A DNA stretch of 64,000 nt from an uncultured Gemmatimonadales bacterium (lineage in GTDB: Bacteria; Gemmatimonadota; Gemmatimonadetes; Gemmatimonadales; GWC2-71-9), in the NCBI GenBank assembly GCA_963739455.1, contig CAVUAK010000001.1, forward strand, positions 736,001 to 800,000, given 5' to 3'. The notes under the pieces are model-generated. The model saw only the letters and a program-made list of their open reading frames with translations. It was not told the origin of the DNA and made no database searches. Both the position numbers and the translations under genes were made by a program. Positions 52,965-63,224 of the stretch are shown in pieces. Within the stretch, counting starts at the first letter, position 1. Every line of letters begins with the position of its first letter.

Positions 52965-53537
52965 ATGAAGCCAATCAATGCGACCGGACGCGTCCTCTGC
53001 TTCGCGGCCCTCGCCGTTGCAGCCACTGGCTGCAGCGGCGACAATGGGCCGGTGAAGGAGCCGGAGACGCCGGAGCTCATCAACCAGGTGACGCTCACCC
53101 TCATGCGACGACAGGACAGCACCTTCCAGCACGCCACCATCGTGGACCCTGACGGGCCCGGCCCGCTGCCCTGGCGGGACCAGGCCGGGGCGTTGCACGT
53201 CGTGCCCAACGCTTCGTACACTGCGACCATCACCCTCACGAACTCGACCACGTCACCGCCGGTGGATGTCACGCCGCTCATCAACTCCAGGAAATTGCAG
53301 CACCGCTTCTTCTACACCATGCTGCCGGAGAATGGCGTCATCGCGACGGACCTGACCATCGACAGCAACAGCGCGGAATACGGCGAGGCATTTGCCATTC
53401 ATGTGCCGGCCGATGTCGAGTTGCGAAGCTGGACGCTGGAGGTGCTGCTCAGTCACTACGAGGGAGATACGAAGGGAAACGGCCTGGTGCCCGGGTCACT
53501 GGCCGACGTGGACGTGACCTTCGTGCTAACGACCTGA
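52965..53537 (+). CDS. Lipoprotein downstream of TonB receptor
   Basis: ATGC lipobox; ELINQVTLTL, DPDGPG, QHRFFY, DVDVTF. Confidence 0.75.
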   Translation: MKPINATGRVLCFAALAVAATGCSGDNGPVKEPETPELINQVTLTLMRRQDSTFQHATIVDPDGPGPLPWRDQAGALHVVPNASYTATITLTNSTTSPPVDVTPLINSRKLQHRFFYTMLPENGVIATDLTIDSNSAEYGEAFAIHVPADVELRSWTLEVLLSHYEGDTKGNGLVPGSLADVDVTFVLTT

Positions 53538-53540
53538 CGG

Positions 53541-54137
53541 TCACTGGAGGGCCACCTCCTGGACCTTGGTGCTGCCCGGCACGAAGTAGAGGGAATAGCG
53601 CCTTTCATTTGCCACGTTGAGCAGGTTCACGATGTTCTGCTGGCTCGGGAACACCTCGAAGAGCAGGTCATTGCGTACGCCGAGTCTTCCTGGTGCCTTC
53701 GCGACCGGATATTCCACGATGAACCAGATCATCGGCTGGCCCTGCTCGTCGGTCTCGATGCCCGAGGCCTGGACGGAACCCTTGAGCCGGGCGCCGTCGG
53801 CCTCCACCCATACCCGCTCCGCCAGGTAGCCGGCGAAAAGGGAGTCGGTATCCTTGCTGGTGCCGAGGTCGAGCTTCTGCAGCTTGTAGAACCTGGCCAG
53901 CCCCGCCTGCAGGTCGTCCTTGAAAAGGCGAACACGGGAGACGATGGCGGCACTGTCCACCGCCATGCGGGTGAGGGTGACGTGGACGTCATGAGTCGGC
54001 AGTCGACTGTCGGCAGTCGGCAGAGAGCCTGCAGTCATCGAAAGGACAAATGCTCCCAGGCCCCAGAGCGGCCGACTGATGACTTTCTGCCGACTGCCGA
54101 CCGCCGACTGACGACTCAACTCACGATACTCCGGCAC
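53541..54137 (-). CDS. DUF6702-like secreted protein (start uncertain)
   Basis: HDVHVT, RLFKDDL, NDLLFEVFPSQQNIV. Confidence 0.75.
   Translation of the reverse strand: MPEYRELSRQSAVGSRQKVISRPLWGLGAFVLSMTAGSLPTADSRLPTHDVHVTLTRMAVDSAAIVSRVRLFKDDLQAGLARFYKLQKLDLGTSKDTDSLFAGYLAERVWVEADGARLKGSVQASGIETDEQGQPMIWFIVEYPVAKAPGRLGVRNDLLFEVFPSQQNIVNLLNVANERRYSLYFVPGSTKVQEVALQ
53994..54117. repeat. Two inverted heptamer arrays (53994-54023 +, 54071-54117 -) in the 5' end of the DUF6702-like gene
   Basis: AGTCGGC/AGTCGAC units on +; AGTCGTC/AGTCGGC/AGAA AGTCATC on -. Confidence 0.85.
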
Positions 54138-56229
54138 CTTCAGCGGTCCACGTGTTGTTCTCCCGGTTCACGTCAGCAAAGACTTCGTTCGGGTCCACCA
54201 CAACCTTGGTCACCACCTTGTCGGTGAAGAACCCGTATTGGTGCTTGAGCTCGTTCTGGCGCCAGGCATCGGCCGGTATCTTCACGAACTCGGTGGTGCC
54301 GTCGGAATATGTGACGTTCATCTGCACCGGCAGCAGGATGCCACCCTTGTTCTCGATGGTGATCCGCACGTAGTTCTTGCCGCGCGCCGTCGTGCCGATC
54401 AGTGAATCGGCCGACTGCTCCTCCACCGACGTCACCGCCTGGTCGTTGGCATAGGTGGTGAAGAACCAGCCACGCCAGAAATAGTTGAGCTGCTCGCCGC
54501 CGCCCTCCTCCAGCGAGCGGAAGAAGTCCGCCGGCTGCGGCTGCTTGAACGCCCACTTGGTGGAGTATTCGCGAAACGCCTGGTCGAACAGCTCCGGGCC
54601 CATGATCTGTTCCCGCAGCATCACGAGGCCTGCCGCCGGCTTGCCGTACCCGTTGTTGCCGAACGCGCGGTGGATCTCCTCCGACTCGGTCATGATCGGT
54701 ACCTGGTCGGGGTCCTGCATGTACTTCACGATGTTCTTGGCGGGGCCGCGATTGCTCGGATAGCCCTTCTCCCAGTCCTGCTCCGCGTAGTACTGCAGGA
54801 AGCTGTTCAGGCCCTCGTCCATCCAGGTCCACTTCCGCTCATCGGACGCCACGATCATCGGGAACCAGTTGTGTCCCACCTCGTGAATCGTCACCGAGAT
54901 CAGGGCATGCTCCACCTGCGGGGTGTATGAGCCGTCAGGCTGCGGGCGCGCGCCGCAGAAGGCGATCATCGGGTATTCCATGCCGAACACCGGGCCATGG
55001 ATGTTTGACGCCTTCGGGTACGGGTACGGGAACGCCATGCGCCCGTAGCTCTTCATCGTCTGGATGATGGCCTTGGTCGATACCTTGTCCCAGAGCGGCA
55101 TCGCGTCGCGCGGGTAGAGTGAGTGCATCTCGATCGGCTTTTGCTCCGGCTTGTACTTGAAGCCGGCGGCGTCCCACACGAACGTCTTCGACGACGCCCA
55201 GGCGAAGTCGCGGACGTTCTCCGCCCGGAAGTGCCAGGTGAGCGGCGCCGTGCCCGCGGGGCGTGAGCCGGGCGTCATCACCTCATCCGCATTGATGATG
55301 AACTTCGGCGTCTCCGAGGTGAATGCCTCCGCCAGGCGGGAGCGCTGTGTTGACGTGAGCACTTCAGTGGGGTTCACGATCACGCCGGTGCCTTGCACGA
55401 TATGGTCGTGCGGCACCGTCAGGCTCACGTCGTAGTTGCCGAAGTTGAGGTAGAACTCGCCCTGGCCCAGGAACTGGTCGGTCTGCCAGCCGTTCACGTC
55501 GTCGTACACCGATGCGCGCGGATACCACTGCGCCATCTCGTAGAGCCATCCGTCCTTCACCAGCTCCCGCACGCCGCGCCCGTTACGACTGTTCTCGGGT
55601 ACGGCGTACGACCAGTCGATCTCCAGCACCGCCGACGCACCCGATGCGAGTGGCGTGGGCAGCGGAATCTTCACCAGGGTTCCGTTGATCACGTAGGGCA
55701 CATCGACCAGTTGCGCCTTCCCCCTGGCGCTCGCCGGCACCTGTACCTGCACCCGCCCGAGACGGTATCCGCCATCGAACGGCTCGGGCAGCAGGAACTT
55801 GCGTGCTTGCGGGCTGATCTTCGCCGGCAGCGCCGACTCGGACGCGATCGTGCGGCTCACCTTGGGATCGTCGATGTTCTGGTCCAGCTGGAACCAGAGG
55901 TACGGCAGCGCGTCGGGCGAGTTGTTGTGATAGGTGACGCGCTCGACGCCGGTGAGCCGGTGTGCCGCTGTATCCAGTGAGGCGCGGATGCTGTAGTCCA
56001 CGCGCTGTTGCCAGTACCGGGGCCCTGGCGATCCGCTTGCCGTACGCACGTCGTTGGGATCGGGCCACTCCTCGATGGCGCGGAAGTTGGACTGGTTGGT
56101 CTTCGGGTTGGGGCCGGCGTTGAGCCACTGCTGCGCCGCGGCGGGCCGGGCACCAACTGAGACGAGGAGCACCAGTCCGGCGACGGCGCGGACAGGACAA
56201 AGGCGAGGTACCATCAGCATGCGGGACAT
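54121..56229 (-). CDS. M1-family metallopeptidase, secreted
   Basis: YWQQRVDY, GMEYPM, HEVGHNWF..WMDEG. Confidence 0.95.
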   Translation of the reverse strand: MSRMLMVPRLCPVRAVAGLVLLVSVGARPAAAQQWLNAGPNPKTNQSNFRAIEEWPDPNDVRTASGSPGPRYWQQRVDYSIRASLDTAAHRLTGVERVTYHNNSPDALPYLWFQLDQNIDDPKVSRTIASESALPAKISPQARKFLLPEPFDGGYRLGRVQVQVPASARGKAQLVDVPYVINGTLVKIPLPTPLASGASAVLEIDWSYAVPENSRNGRGVRELVKDGWLYEMAQWYPRASVYDDVNGWQTDQFLGQGEFYLNFGNYDVSLTVPHDHIVQGTGVIVNPTEVLTSTQRSRLAEAFTSETPKFIINADEVMTPGSRPAGTAPLTWHFRAENVRDFAWASSKTFVWDAAGFKYKPEQKPIEMHSLYPRDAMPLWDKVSTKAIIQTMKSYGRMAFPYPYPKASNIHGPVFGMEYPMIAFCGARPQPDGSYTPQVEHALISVTIHEVGHNWFPMIVASDERKWTWMDEGLNSFLQYYAEQDWEKGYPSNRGPAKNIVKYMQDPDQVPIMTESEEIHRAFGNNGYGKPAAGLVMLREQIMGPELFDQAFREYSTKWAFKQPQPADFFRSLEEGGGEQLNYFWRGWFFTTYANDQAVTSVEEQSADSLIGTTARGKNYVRITIENKGGILLPVQMNVTYSDGTTEFVKIPADAWRQNELKHQYGFFTDKVVTKVVVDPNEVFADVNRENNTWTAEGAGVS

Positions 56230-56233
56230 CCGT

Positions 56234-56836
56234 TCAGGAGACAGGGTTCAGTCGATCAATGATCATGGTCATGGCGACGGCCATCGTGCCACCGCAGAGA
56301 ATCAGCACCCACTCGCGACGCGTGAGACGGAGCACCCGCACCGCGAGCACGCCAAGCAGCATCACGATGGCGACGATGAACAGCTGCCCCACCTCGAGGC
56401 CGACGTTGAAGGCAAGCAATGGTTTCACGATCGATTCCTCACCGCCCAGCAGGCTCCGGAGGAAGGTGGAGAATCCCAGCCCGTGAATCAGCCCGAACGC
56501 GGCCGCGAGAAGGTACTGCGGTAGCTGTGATCCTGTGGGACCGCCGTCCTCAGTGTCCCCCTTCGACAGCACGATCGCGGCAATGCTCGTAAGCACGATG
56601 GTGACGGGGATCAGCACCTCGACCAGCTGCGAGTTCACCCGGACCAGGTCGAGCGTGGCCAGCGCCAGCGTCACCGAGTGACCCAGGGTGAATGCCGTCA
56701 CCAGCCAGATCAGCCGGCGCCACGCCACCGGCGGGTACGCCGCCGTCAGCGCTGCCACGAACAGGATGTGGTCGTACGCCCGCGGATCGGCGATATGGCC
56801 AAAACCGAGGCGGAGATACACCAGGAATTCGGACAG
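56234..56836 (-). CDS. HupE/UreJ family membrane protein
   Basis: HI..YDHILF, TAFTLGHSVTL, FGLIHGLGF, FNVGLEVGQ. Confidence 0.9.
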   Translation of the reverse strand: MSEFLVYLRLGFGHIADPRAYDHILFVAALTAAYPPVAWRRLIWLVTAFTLGHSVTLALATLDLVRVNSQLVEVLIPVTIVLTSIAAIVLSKGDTEDGGPTGSQLPQYLLAAAFGLIHGLGFSTFLRSLLGGEESIVKPLLAFNVGLEVGQLFIVAIVMLLGVLAVRVLRLTRREWVLILCGGTMAVAMTMIIDRLNPVS

Positions 56837-56887
56837 GGGGACTCCTCCTTGCCGTAGTACGCCCCTCGGACCGGGGTGGTTTCGGGT

Positions 56888-58981
56888 TCACAGAATGCCC
56901 CACAGGAACCGCCCGGCGTCCACCCCGAACCGCCACCCGCCCTCCTTGAATCCATACGCGACGTCGAACCGCAGGACGTCGAACAGCATCAGGAACCCGA
57001 TGCCCAGCGACGGATAGCACCCGTTCTCCGCCGACCCCCCATTCTCGGCCACCCGCTCCGCAACGCAGATCACCGTGCCGTACGGTGCCAGCGTCGCCTG
57101 CGCCGGGCTCTTCCCATACTTGAGCAGCGGCAACGCGAAGAACGGGACCGGAATCCGGACCTCCACACGCTGCGAGATCCCGTACTGCGCAGCAAACGCA
57201 TGAAACGCGTTGCCCGGACCGGTCACCATGCCGCCCAATCGCACCAGTTCCTGGCTCGGCACGGAGCCGCCGCCAACCGCGCCGGCGTGGGTCTCGAGAT
57301 GCAGCAGTGGCGATCCGATCGGACGATCGTACACCAGCGCCCCCGCCACGCGGGCAACCAGCGCGTTGGGCGAGCCGTCGCGCGGATCAACGCCCTCGAG
57401 GCGCCCGTTCACGCTCCAGCCCATCGTGCTCCCCGAGGTCCCGATGGCGGTGCGCTGCCTTGTCAGCGTCACGTCGAGCCGGATGGCGTCGAGTGGCACC
57501 GCCGGGATCGTTGGACCGTACGTTCCGCTCCATGGCGTCGCATTGACGCTCAGGCTGTCCTGTCGCTCGACCGCAAGACGCCCATCCCAGGTGTACAGGC
57601 CGCCCGGCTCGAAGCGCACACCGATCCCCGCCGCGTACACGTCATACGGACCGGTGTCATCCTGGCCGAAGAGCTGCGCCGCAATCGTGTTCCGTACACC
57701 AGAGACCTCGGCCACATCCCCTGCCAGCCGATACTCACGCCCACCGAACGCCGAGAGCCGCCACATGGGCTTCGCCCGCCACGATAACTCCAGCCCACCC
57801 TTCACTTGCTCGTCACTGAACCCATACGCCACGCGCGCACCAAGTCGCCATCCGCGCATCAACCCCACACTCCCGCCGAGCCCGATACCGACGCCTTCTA
57901 CACGATTGACCCTGAAGAAGTCGGAGATGCCCTGCCCGCCAATCGACGCACCCTGCGCCCGCTCGAGCACCTGCTGCTGCACCAGCCCCTCGGCCTGGCG
58001 CGTCACCGATTGTATCTCGGCAGTCGATAGCGCCTGATCGGCCGGGGCCAGCGCCGCCATGATCGGTTCCTGCCACTGGTACTTGTCGCGCTCCTCCTTC
58101 GGAGCGACGACGATGCGATTCGACGGATTGGACACGATAGTGCGGCCGGTGACGGCGAGCGGCGGCGGTGACGTCGCGCTGTCCGCATACGCAACATGAT
58201 CGGTGACCAGCCAGCGCGCGCGCACGATGCCCTTGATCGGGAAGTCGAACCAGGTGCTGCCGCGCACCACTTCGAGTTCCTGGCGATATGGGAGCCAGTA
58301 TCGCCCGTCGACGAGCAGGTTCTCCAGCACGAGGGTCAGGCTTTCGATCCTCGCATCGAGAATCGCGGCTCGGGTGAAGGTGACCGATAGCCGTACCAGG
58401 TCGCCCGTCGCCCGGTCGAGGTACATGCTGCCGACCATGCCGGGGTCCTCGGGATTGCGCGGCCGAAGCAGAAGCTCGTACGCCTCCACCCGGCGGCCCG
58501 GAACGGCGATCGATAGCGAATCGGCAATGGCAAATTCGTAGCCCGCCCGCCCTGCCGCTGAGAGCGGATGCGGCAGGTCGCGCACATCGTTGCCGTCACC
58601 CAGCCGGATGCGATCACCGAGGTTGTTGGTGACCACGCCATACCGATCATTGTAGAAGCCGACATCTCCCGGCAGCAGCATCGTGTCGCGCCGGCCGATG
58701 AGCCGCTGCTGGGTGACGCCCGGCGCCTGCCAGCGTATCAGCGACGCCAGCTCCACCAGCTTCACTACCCGCGGCGGCAGCACGGTGGAATTGCCCAGGT
58801 CCACAAGGAACTGCAGCGTCCCCGCGCCGTTCCCGGTCCAGGCGCGAAGCGTCGAGTCCACATGGGCCCGCCGTGCCACGGCGCGATCCACCATGGCGTT
58901 GGCAGCCGGGCTGTCCCACGCCTGGGCGCTCAACGGCCGGCTCGACGCCATGAGAATCGCCGTCAGCACGAACACCGACAT
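56888..58981 (-). CDS. Hypothetical secreted / outer membrane protein (start uncertain)
   Basis: Signal peptide ..LSAQ; C-terminal beta-barrel-like strands (RVNRVEG, LRFDVAYG). Confidence 0.75.
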   Translation of the reverse strand: MSVFVLTAILMASSRPLSAQAWDSPAANAMVDRAVARRAHVDSTLRAWTGNGAGTLQFLVDLGNSTVLPPRVVKLVELASLIRWQAPGVTQQRLIGRRDTMLLPGDVGFYNDRYGVVTNNLGDRIRLGDGNDVRDLPHPLSAAGRAGYEFAIADSLSIAVPGRRVEAYELLLRPRNPEDPGMVGSMYLDRATGDLVRLSVTFTRAAILDARIESLTLVLENLLVDGRYWLPYRQELEVVRGSTWFDFPIKGIVRARWLVTDHVAYADSATSPPPLAVTGRTIVSNPSNRIVVAPKEERDKYQWQEPIMAALAPADQALSTAEIQSVTRQAEGLVQQQVLERAQGASIGGQGISDFFRVNRVEGVGIGLGGSVGLMRGWRLGARVAYGFSDEQVKGGLELSWRAKPMWRLSAFGGREYRLAGDVAEVSGVRNTIAAQLFGQDDTGPYDVYAAGIGVRFEPGGLYTWDGRLAVERQDSLSVNATPWSGTYGPTIPAVPLDAIRLDVTLTRQRTAIGTSGSTMGWSVNGRLEGVDPRDGSPNALVARVAGALVYDRPIGSPLLHLETHAGAVGGGSVPSQELVRLGGMVTGPGNAFHAFAAQYGISQRVEVRIPVPFFALPLLKYGKSPAQATLAPYGTVICVAERVAENGGSAENGCYPSLGIGFLMLFDVLRFDVAYGFKEGGWRFGVDAGRFLWGIL

Positions 58982-59073
58982 CCGGAGAAATACGGATTGC
59001 CGGATGACCGCCCGGGGGTATCCTTCTCGTCCCTTGGTCAGATGTCTCAACCTCAAGCTGCTACGGGATTTAC

Positions 59074-60190
59074 GTGTTCAATTCCATCTGGTCGCCGACT
59101 CGTGCAGCACTCGCCACGTCCGCCACGGCACTGCTCCTCATGGCCTGCGGCGGCAAGTCGTCCGAAGGCGCTGCCGCGCCCAAGCCGGCCGCGACCTCGG
59201 CTGCATCGACCACGTTCTGGAAGCCCGACTCCGGTGAGCGTCACCTGCGGAACATCCGCCAGCTGACCTTCGGCGGCAACAATGCCGAGTCGTATTTCTC
59301 GCGCGACAGCAAGCAGCTGATCTTCCAGCGTCAGGAAAAGGTCGACGCCGGCTGCGACCAGCAGTATCTCATGAATGCCGACGGCTCCAACATGCGCCGC
59401 GTGTCGAACGGCGACGGCCGCACCACCTGCGGCTTCTTCTACGACGGCGACAAGCGCATCCTGTACAGCAGCACCTTCAAGCACGACAAGGCCTGCCCCA
59501 TTCCGCCGGACAAGTCACAGGGCTACGTCTGGCCGATCGGCTATCTCGAGATCTACACCTCGAAGCTCGATGGTTCGGACCTGAAGCCAGCTGACGAACA
59601 ATGGCACCTACAACGCCGAAACGACGGTCTCGGCGGACGGGAAGAGGCTGATCTTCACCAGCACGATGCACGGGGACATCGACCTCTACACGATGAACCC
59701 CGACGGCAGCGACCTGAAGCAGATCACCACCCGCATCGGTTACGACGGTGGCGCCTGGTTCTCGCCCGACGGCAAGAGCATCGTGTGGCGCGCGGCATAT
59801 CCCAAGACCGCCGCCGACACCGCGGACTACGAGAAGCTCCTCAAGGATCATCTCGTGCGTCCGTCGCGCACCGAGGTGTGGATCGCCAACGCCGACGGCA
59901 CCAACCCGCGCCAGATCACCAATCTCGGCGGCGCCAATTTCGCCCCGGTGTTCACGCCCGACGGCAAGAAGATCATCTTCTCGTCCAACTACAAGAACCC
60001 CCGCAGCGGCGCGTTCGACCTCTACCTGATCAATGTTGACGGCACCGGACTCGAGGCGGTCACCACCAACCCCGAGTTCGATTCCTTCCCCATGTTCAGC
60101 TACGACTACAAGCACCTGGTCTGGGCCTCGAACCGGCATGGCAAGCAGCCGGGGGAGACGGACTTGTTCATTGCGGAGTGGGTCGAGTAG
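59074..60190 (+). CDS. TolB-like PD40-repeat lipoprotein (frameshift near 59588)
   Basis: QLTFGGNNAESYFS, GYDGGAWFSPDG, NFAPVFTPDG, FDSFPMFS. Confidence 0.9.
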
Positions 60191-60199
60191 CCTTCGGGC

Positions 60200-60424
60200 A
60201 TGCCGACCTACACCTACGAGACCCTCTCCCCCGCCCCGCGCCGGTTCGACGTGCGCCAGTCGTTCAGCGACCCGCCGCTCGAGCAGGATCCCGAGACCGG
60301 CGAGCCGGTACGCCGGGTGATCAGCGGCGGCGCAGCGCTCCTCACCTCGAAGGAGAGCAGCAAGGTGGGTGAGCCGCCGGTGTCGGGTGGAGGATGCGGC
60401 AGCAGCTGCGGCTGTGGACACTGA
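60200..60424 (+). CDS. FmdB-family zinc-ribbon-like protein (Cys-less core)
   Basis: MPTYTYE..FDVRQSFSD.PL..DPETGEPVRRVISGG; tail GCGSSCGCGH. Confidence 0.8.
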   Translation: MPTYTYETLSPAPRRFDVRQSFSDPPLEQDPETGEPVRRVISGGAALLTSKESSKVGEPPVSGGGCGSSCGCGH

Positions 60425-61043
60425 GCCCACGCCGCTCCGGCGACTGGTGCCTCCGAGGGCGCTCCTGGCGAGCGCCCTTCTTTTTGCCCTCGCGTGCGCG
60501 CTCGACAGCTGGGCGTATCAGCACCTCCACGTGGACGACGTCTACGGCAAGGACTGGGGACGACTGCTCCGGATCGCCGGCTTCGTCCCCACCTGGATGC
60601 TCGGATCGCTCGCCCTCATCCTGCACGATCGCGGACCGGCGTCCCCGGCGCCACGCCGTTTCTGGTGGCGCGGGATGCTCCTCACCCTCGCACCGATCGT
60701 CTCCGGCCTCATCTGCGAGGTGCTCAAGATCCTGCTCCGCCGCGAGCGACCCAACCTCCATGAGGGCGCCTACTACTGGCGCAGCTTCACCGATCATCCC
60801 TGGAGCACGGGGAACATCGGGCTGCCGAGCAGCCATACCATGGTGGCGTTCGCCGGCGCTGGCATGGCGAGCTATCTCTTTCCGCGTACCTGGCCGGCGT
60901 GGATACTGCTCGCCGCCGGCTGCGCTTTCACGCGCGTTGCGGCGCAGGCACATTTTCTGAGTGACGTCACGCTGGCAGGGATTGCGGGGCTCTTCGTCGC
61001 GCGACTGATTTGGACCTTCCTCCGACCGACCCTCGAGAGGTAA
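60414..61043 (+). CDS. PAP2-family phosphatase
   Basis: KILLRRERP, PSSH, TRV...HFLSDV. Confidence 0.9.
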   Translation: MDTEPTPLRRLVPPRALLASALLFALACALDSWAYQHLHVDDVYGKDWGRLLRIAGFVPTWMLGSLALILHDRGPASPAPRRFWWRGMLLTLAPIVSGLICEVLKILLRRERPNLHEGAYYWRSFTDHPWSTGNIGLPSSHTMVAFAGAGMASYLFPRTWPAWILLAAGCAFTRVAAQAHFLSDVTLAGIAGLFVARLIWTFLRPTLER

Positions 61044-61050
61044 CACCGCA

Positions 61051-63163
61051 ATGCAGTTCCGTTCGCCGTTCGCGCTCGTCGCGCTCATGCTCGCCCTTGC
61101 CGCACCATCCCCGGCCCAGCAGGCCCCCGCGAGCCGCGAGTACCCCGGCCTCGAAACCGGCAAGATGTGGCAGTTCGACGTCCCGCCACTCGACTACTGG
61201 AACAAGCGCTTCGGCTTCACGCCCCCCGCCGGCTGGCTCGATCACGCCCGGCTCTCCGCACTGCGCTATGCCGGCAACTGCTCTGCCTCCTTCGTGTCGG
61301 GCCAGGGCCTGGTGATGACCAATCACCACTGCGCCCGCGAGTGCATCGAGAGTGTCAACCAGGAAGGCGAGGACCTGCTCGGCAACGGCTTCGTCGCCGC
61401 GAGCATGGCCGATGAACGGAAGTGCAAGACCGTCTATCTCGACCAGCTGCAGGAGATCACGGACGTCACGTCTCGTGTGCAGGACGCCATCGGCAAGGCT
61501 GCTCCCACCGAGGCGTCCCGGCTCAAGGCCGTGACGATCGGCGAGATCGAGCAGGCCTGCGTCGCCGCCAACACCGACGCCTTCTGCCAGGTCGTCACCC
61601 TCTATCGCGGCGGCCAGTACAAGCTCTACCGCTTCCGCCGCTACACCGATGTACGCCTGGTCATGGCGCCCGAGAGCCAGATGGCCTTCTTCGGCGGCGA
61701 CCCCGACAATTTCACCTACCCGCGCTACGATCTCGACATGTCGTTCGTGCGCGCCTACGTCGACGGCAAGCCCGCTGCAACCGACAGAGCACTTCGCCTG
61801 GAGCAAGGCCGGCGCGAAGGAAGACGACCTCATCTTCGTCATCGGCAATCCCGGCTCCACCGGCCGGCTCAACACGATGTCCCAGCTCAAGTACCTGCGC
61901 GACGTCTCCTATCCCGGCCAGATGAACACGCTCGACCGCCGCATCGCCATCACCGAGCAGCTCTCCACCATCACGGACGAGCGCGCCAAGGCCCTCCGCA
62001 ACCAGCTCTTCAGCCTGCAGAACTCGCGCAAGGCGATCGGTGGCTACCAGGCCGGCTTGCTCGACCCGAAGCTGATGGCGCAGAAGGCTGCCTGGGAGGC
62101 CGACTTCCGGAAGCGCGTCGCGGCGAACCCCGAGTACCAGCTCAAGTACGGCAAGGCCTGGGGCGAGATCGCGCTCGTGCAGCAGGAGCTGCGCGCCACC
62201 GCTGCCAAGCGGCGGCTCTACACCTTCAACGCCGACCTGAGCCGCCTCCTGCCAACCGCAGGAATGTTCGTGCGCTACAACGACGAGATGGCGAATCCCG
62301 GACTCGTTGCGCCTTCCGCTCTATCGCGACAGCAACCGCAAGGCGCTCGAGATCGCCATGGTGGCAGGGGCGCCGATCGACACTATCGCCGAACGGCTCT
62401 GGCTCACCGCCTGGTTCGGTGCGCTGGAAAGGGAACTGCCGCCCACCGACCCGATCCGCCGCGCGGCACTCGGTGGCGGACGCCTGCCGCCGCCGCCGAG
62501 TACATGCTGGCGAACACGATACTGATAGCGCCCGAACGGCGTCTCACCCTCTTCCAGAGTGGCGAAACCGGCATCGCGGCGTCGAAGGACCCGTTCATCG
62601 TCCTCGCGCGCGTCATCGACCCGCTCGATCGCAGCATCACGAAGCAGGTGCAGGCGCTCGCCAGCCGGGAGAGCGCGGCCACTGAACTTGTCGCGAAGGC
62701 CCTCCTCGCCACCTACGGCAACAGCGTGGCACCCGATGCCACCTTCTCGCTGCGCATCAGCGACGGCCAGCCGAAGCGCTACCCGATGAACGGCACCTTC
62801 GCGCCACCGTTCACCACCTTCTACGGGCTCTACGACCGGAGCATCGGCTTCGCGTCCGCCGGCCCCTGGGTCCTTCCGCAGCGCTGGCAGGACCGTAAGG
62901 ACTCGCTGGCGCTGGCCACGCCGTTCAACGTGGCGTCCACCAACGACATCATCGGTGGAAATTCCGGCAGCCCGGTCATCAACAAGGATGCCGAAGTGGT
63001 GGGGCTCATCTTCGACGGCAACATCGAGGGACTGCCGAACCGGTTCCTCTTCACCGAGTACCAGGCGCGTGCCGTCTACCTCGATTCACGCGGTATCGTC
63101 GAGGCTCTGCGCAGCATCTACGGCGCGCGCTGGATCGCCGATGAACTCACTGGCGCCAACTGA
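61051..63163 (+). CDS. S46-family dipeptidyl peptidase (frameshifts near 61773, 62297, 62478)
   Basis: GKMW, CSASFVS..TNHHC, FGGDPDNF.YPR, PDATFSLR, DIIGGNSGSP. Confidence 0.95.
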
Positions 63164-63215
63164 TGACTTTCTGACGACTGACGACTGCCGACTGACGACT
63201 GCCGACTGCCGACTC
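63159..63215 (-). repeat. Heptamer array, six AGTCG(G/T)C units plus AGAA AGTCATC
   Basis: Intergenic; overlaps the S46 stop codon. Confidence 0.85.
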
Positions 63216-63224
63216 ATGGTTCCT

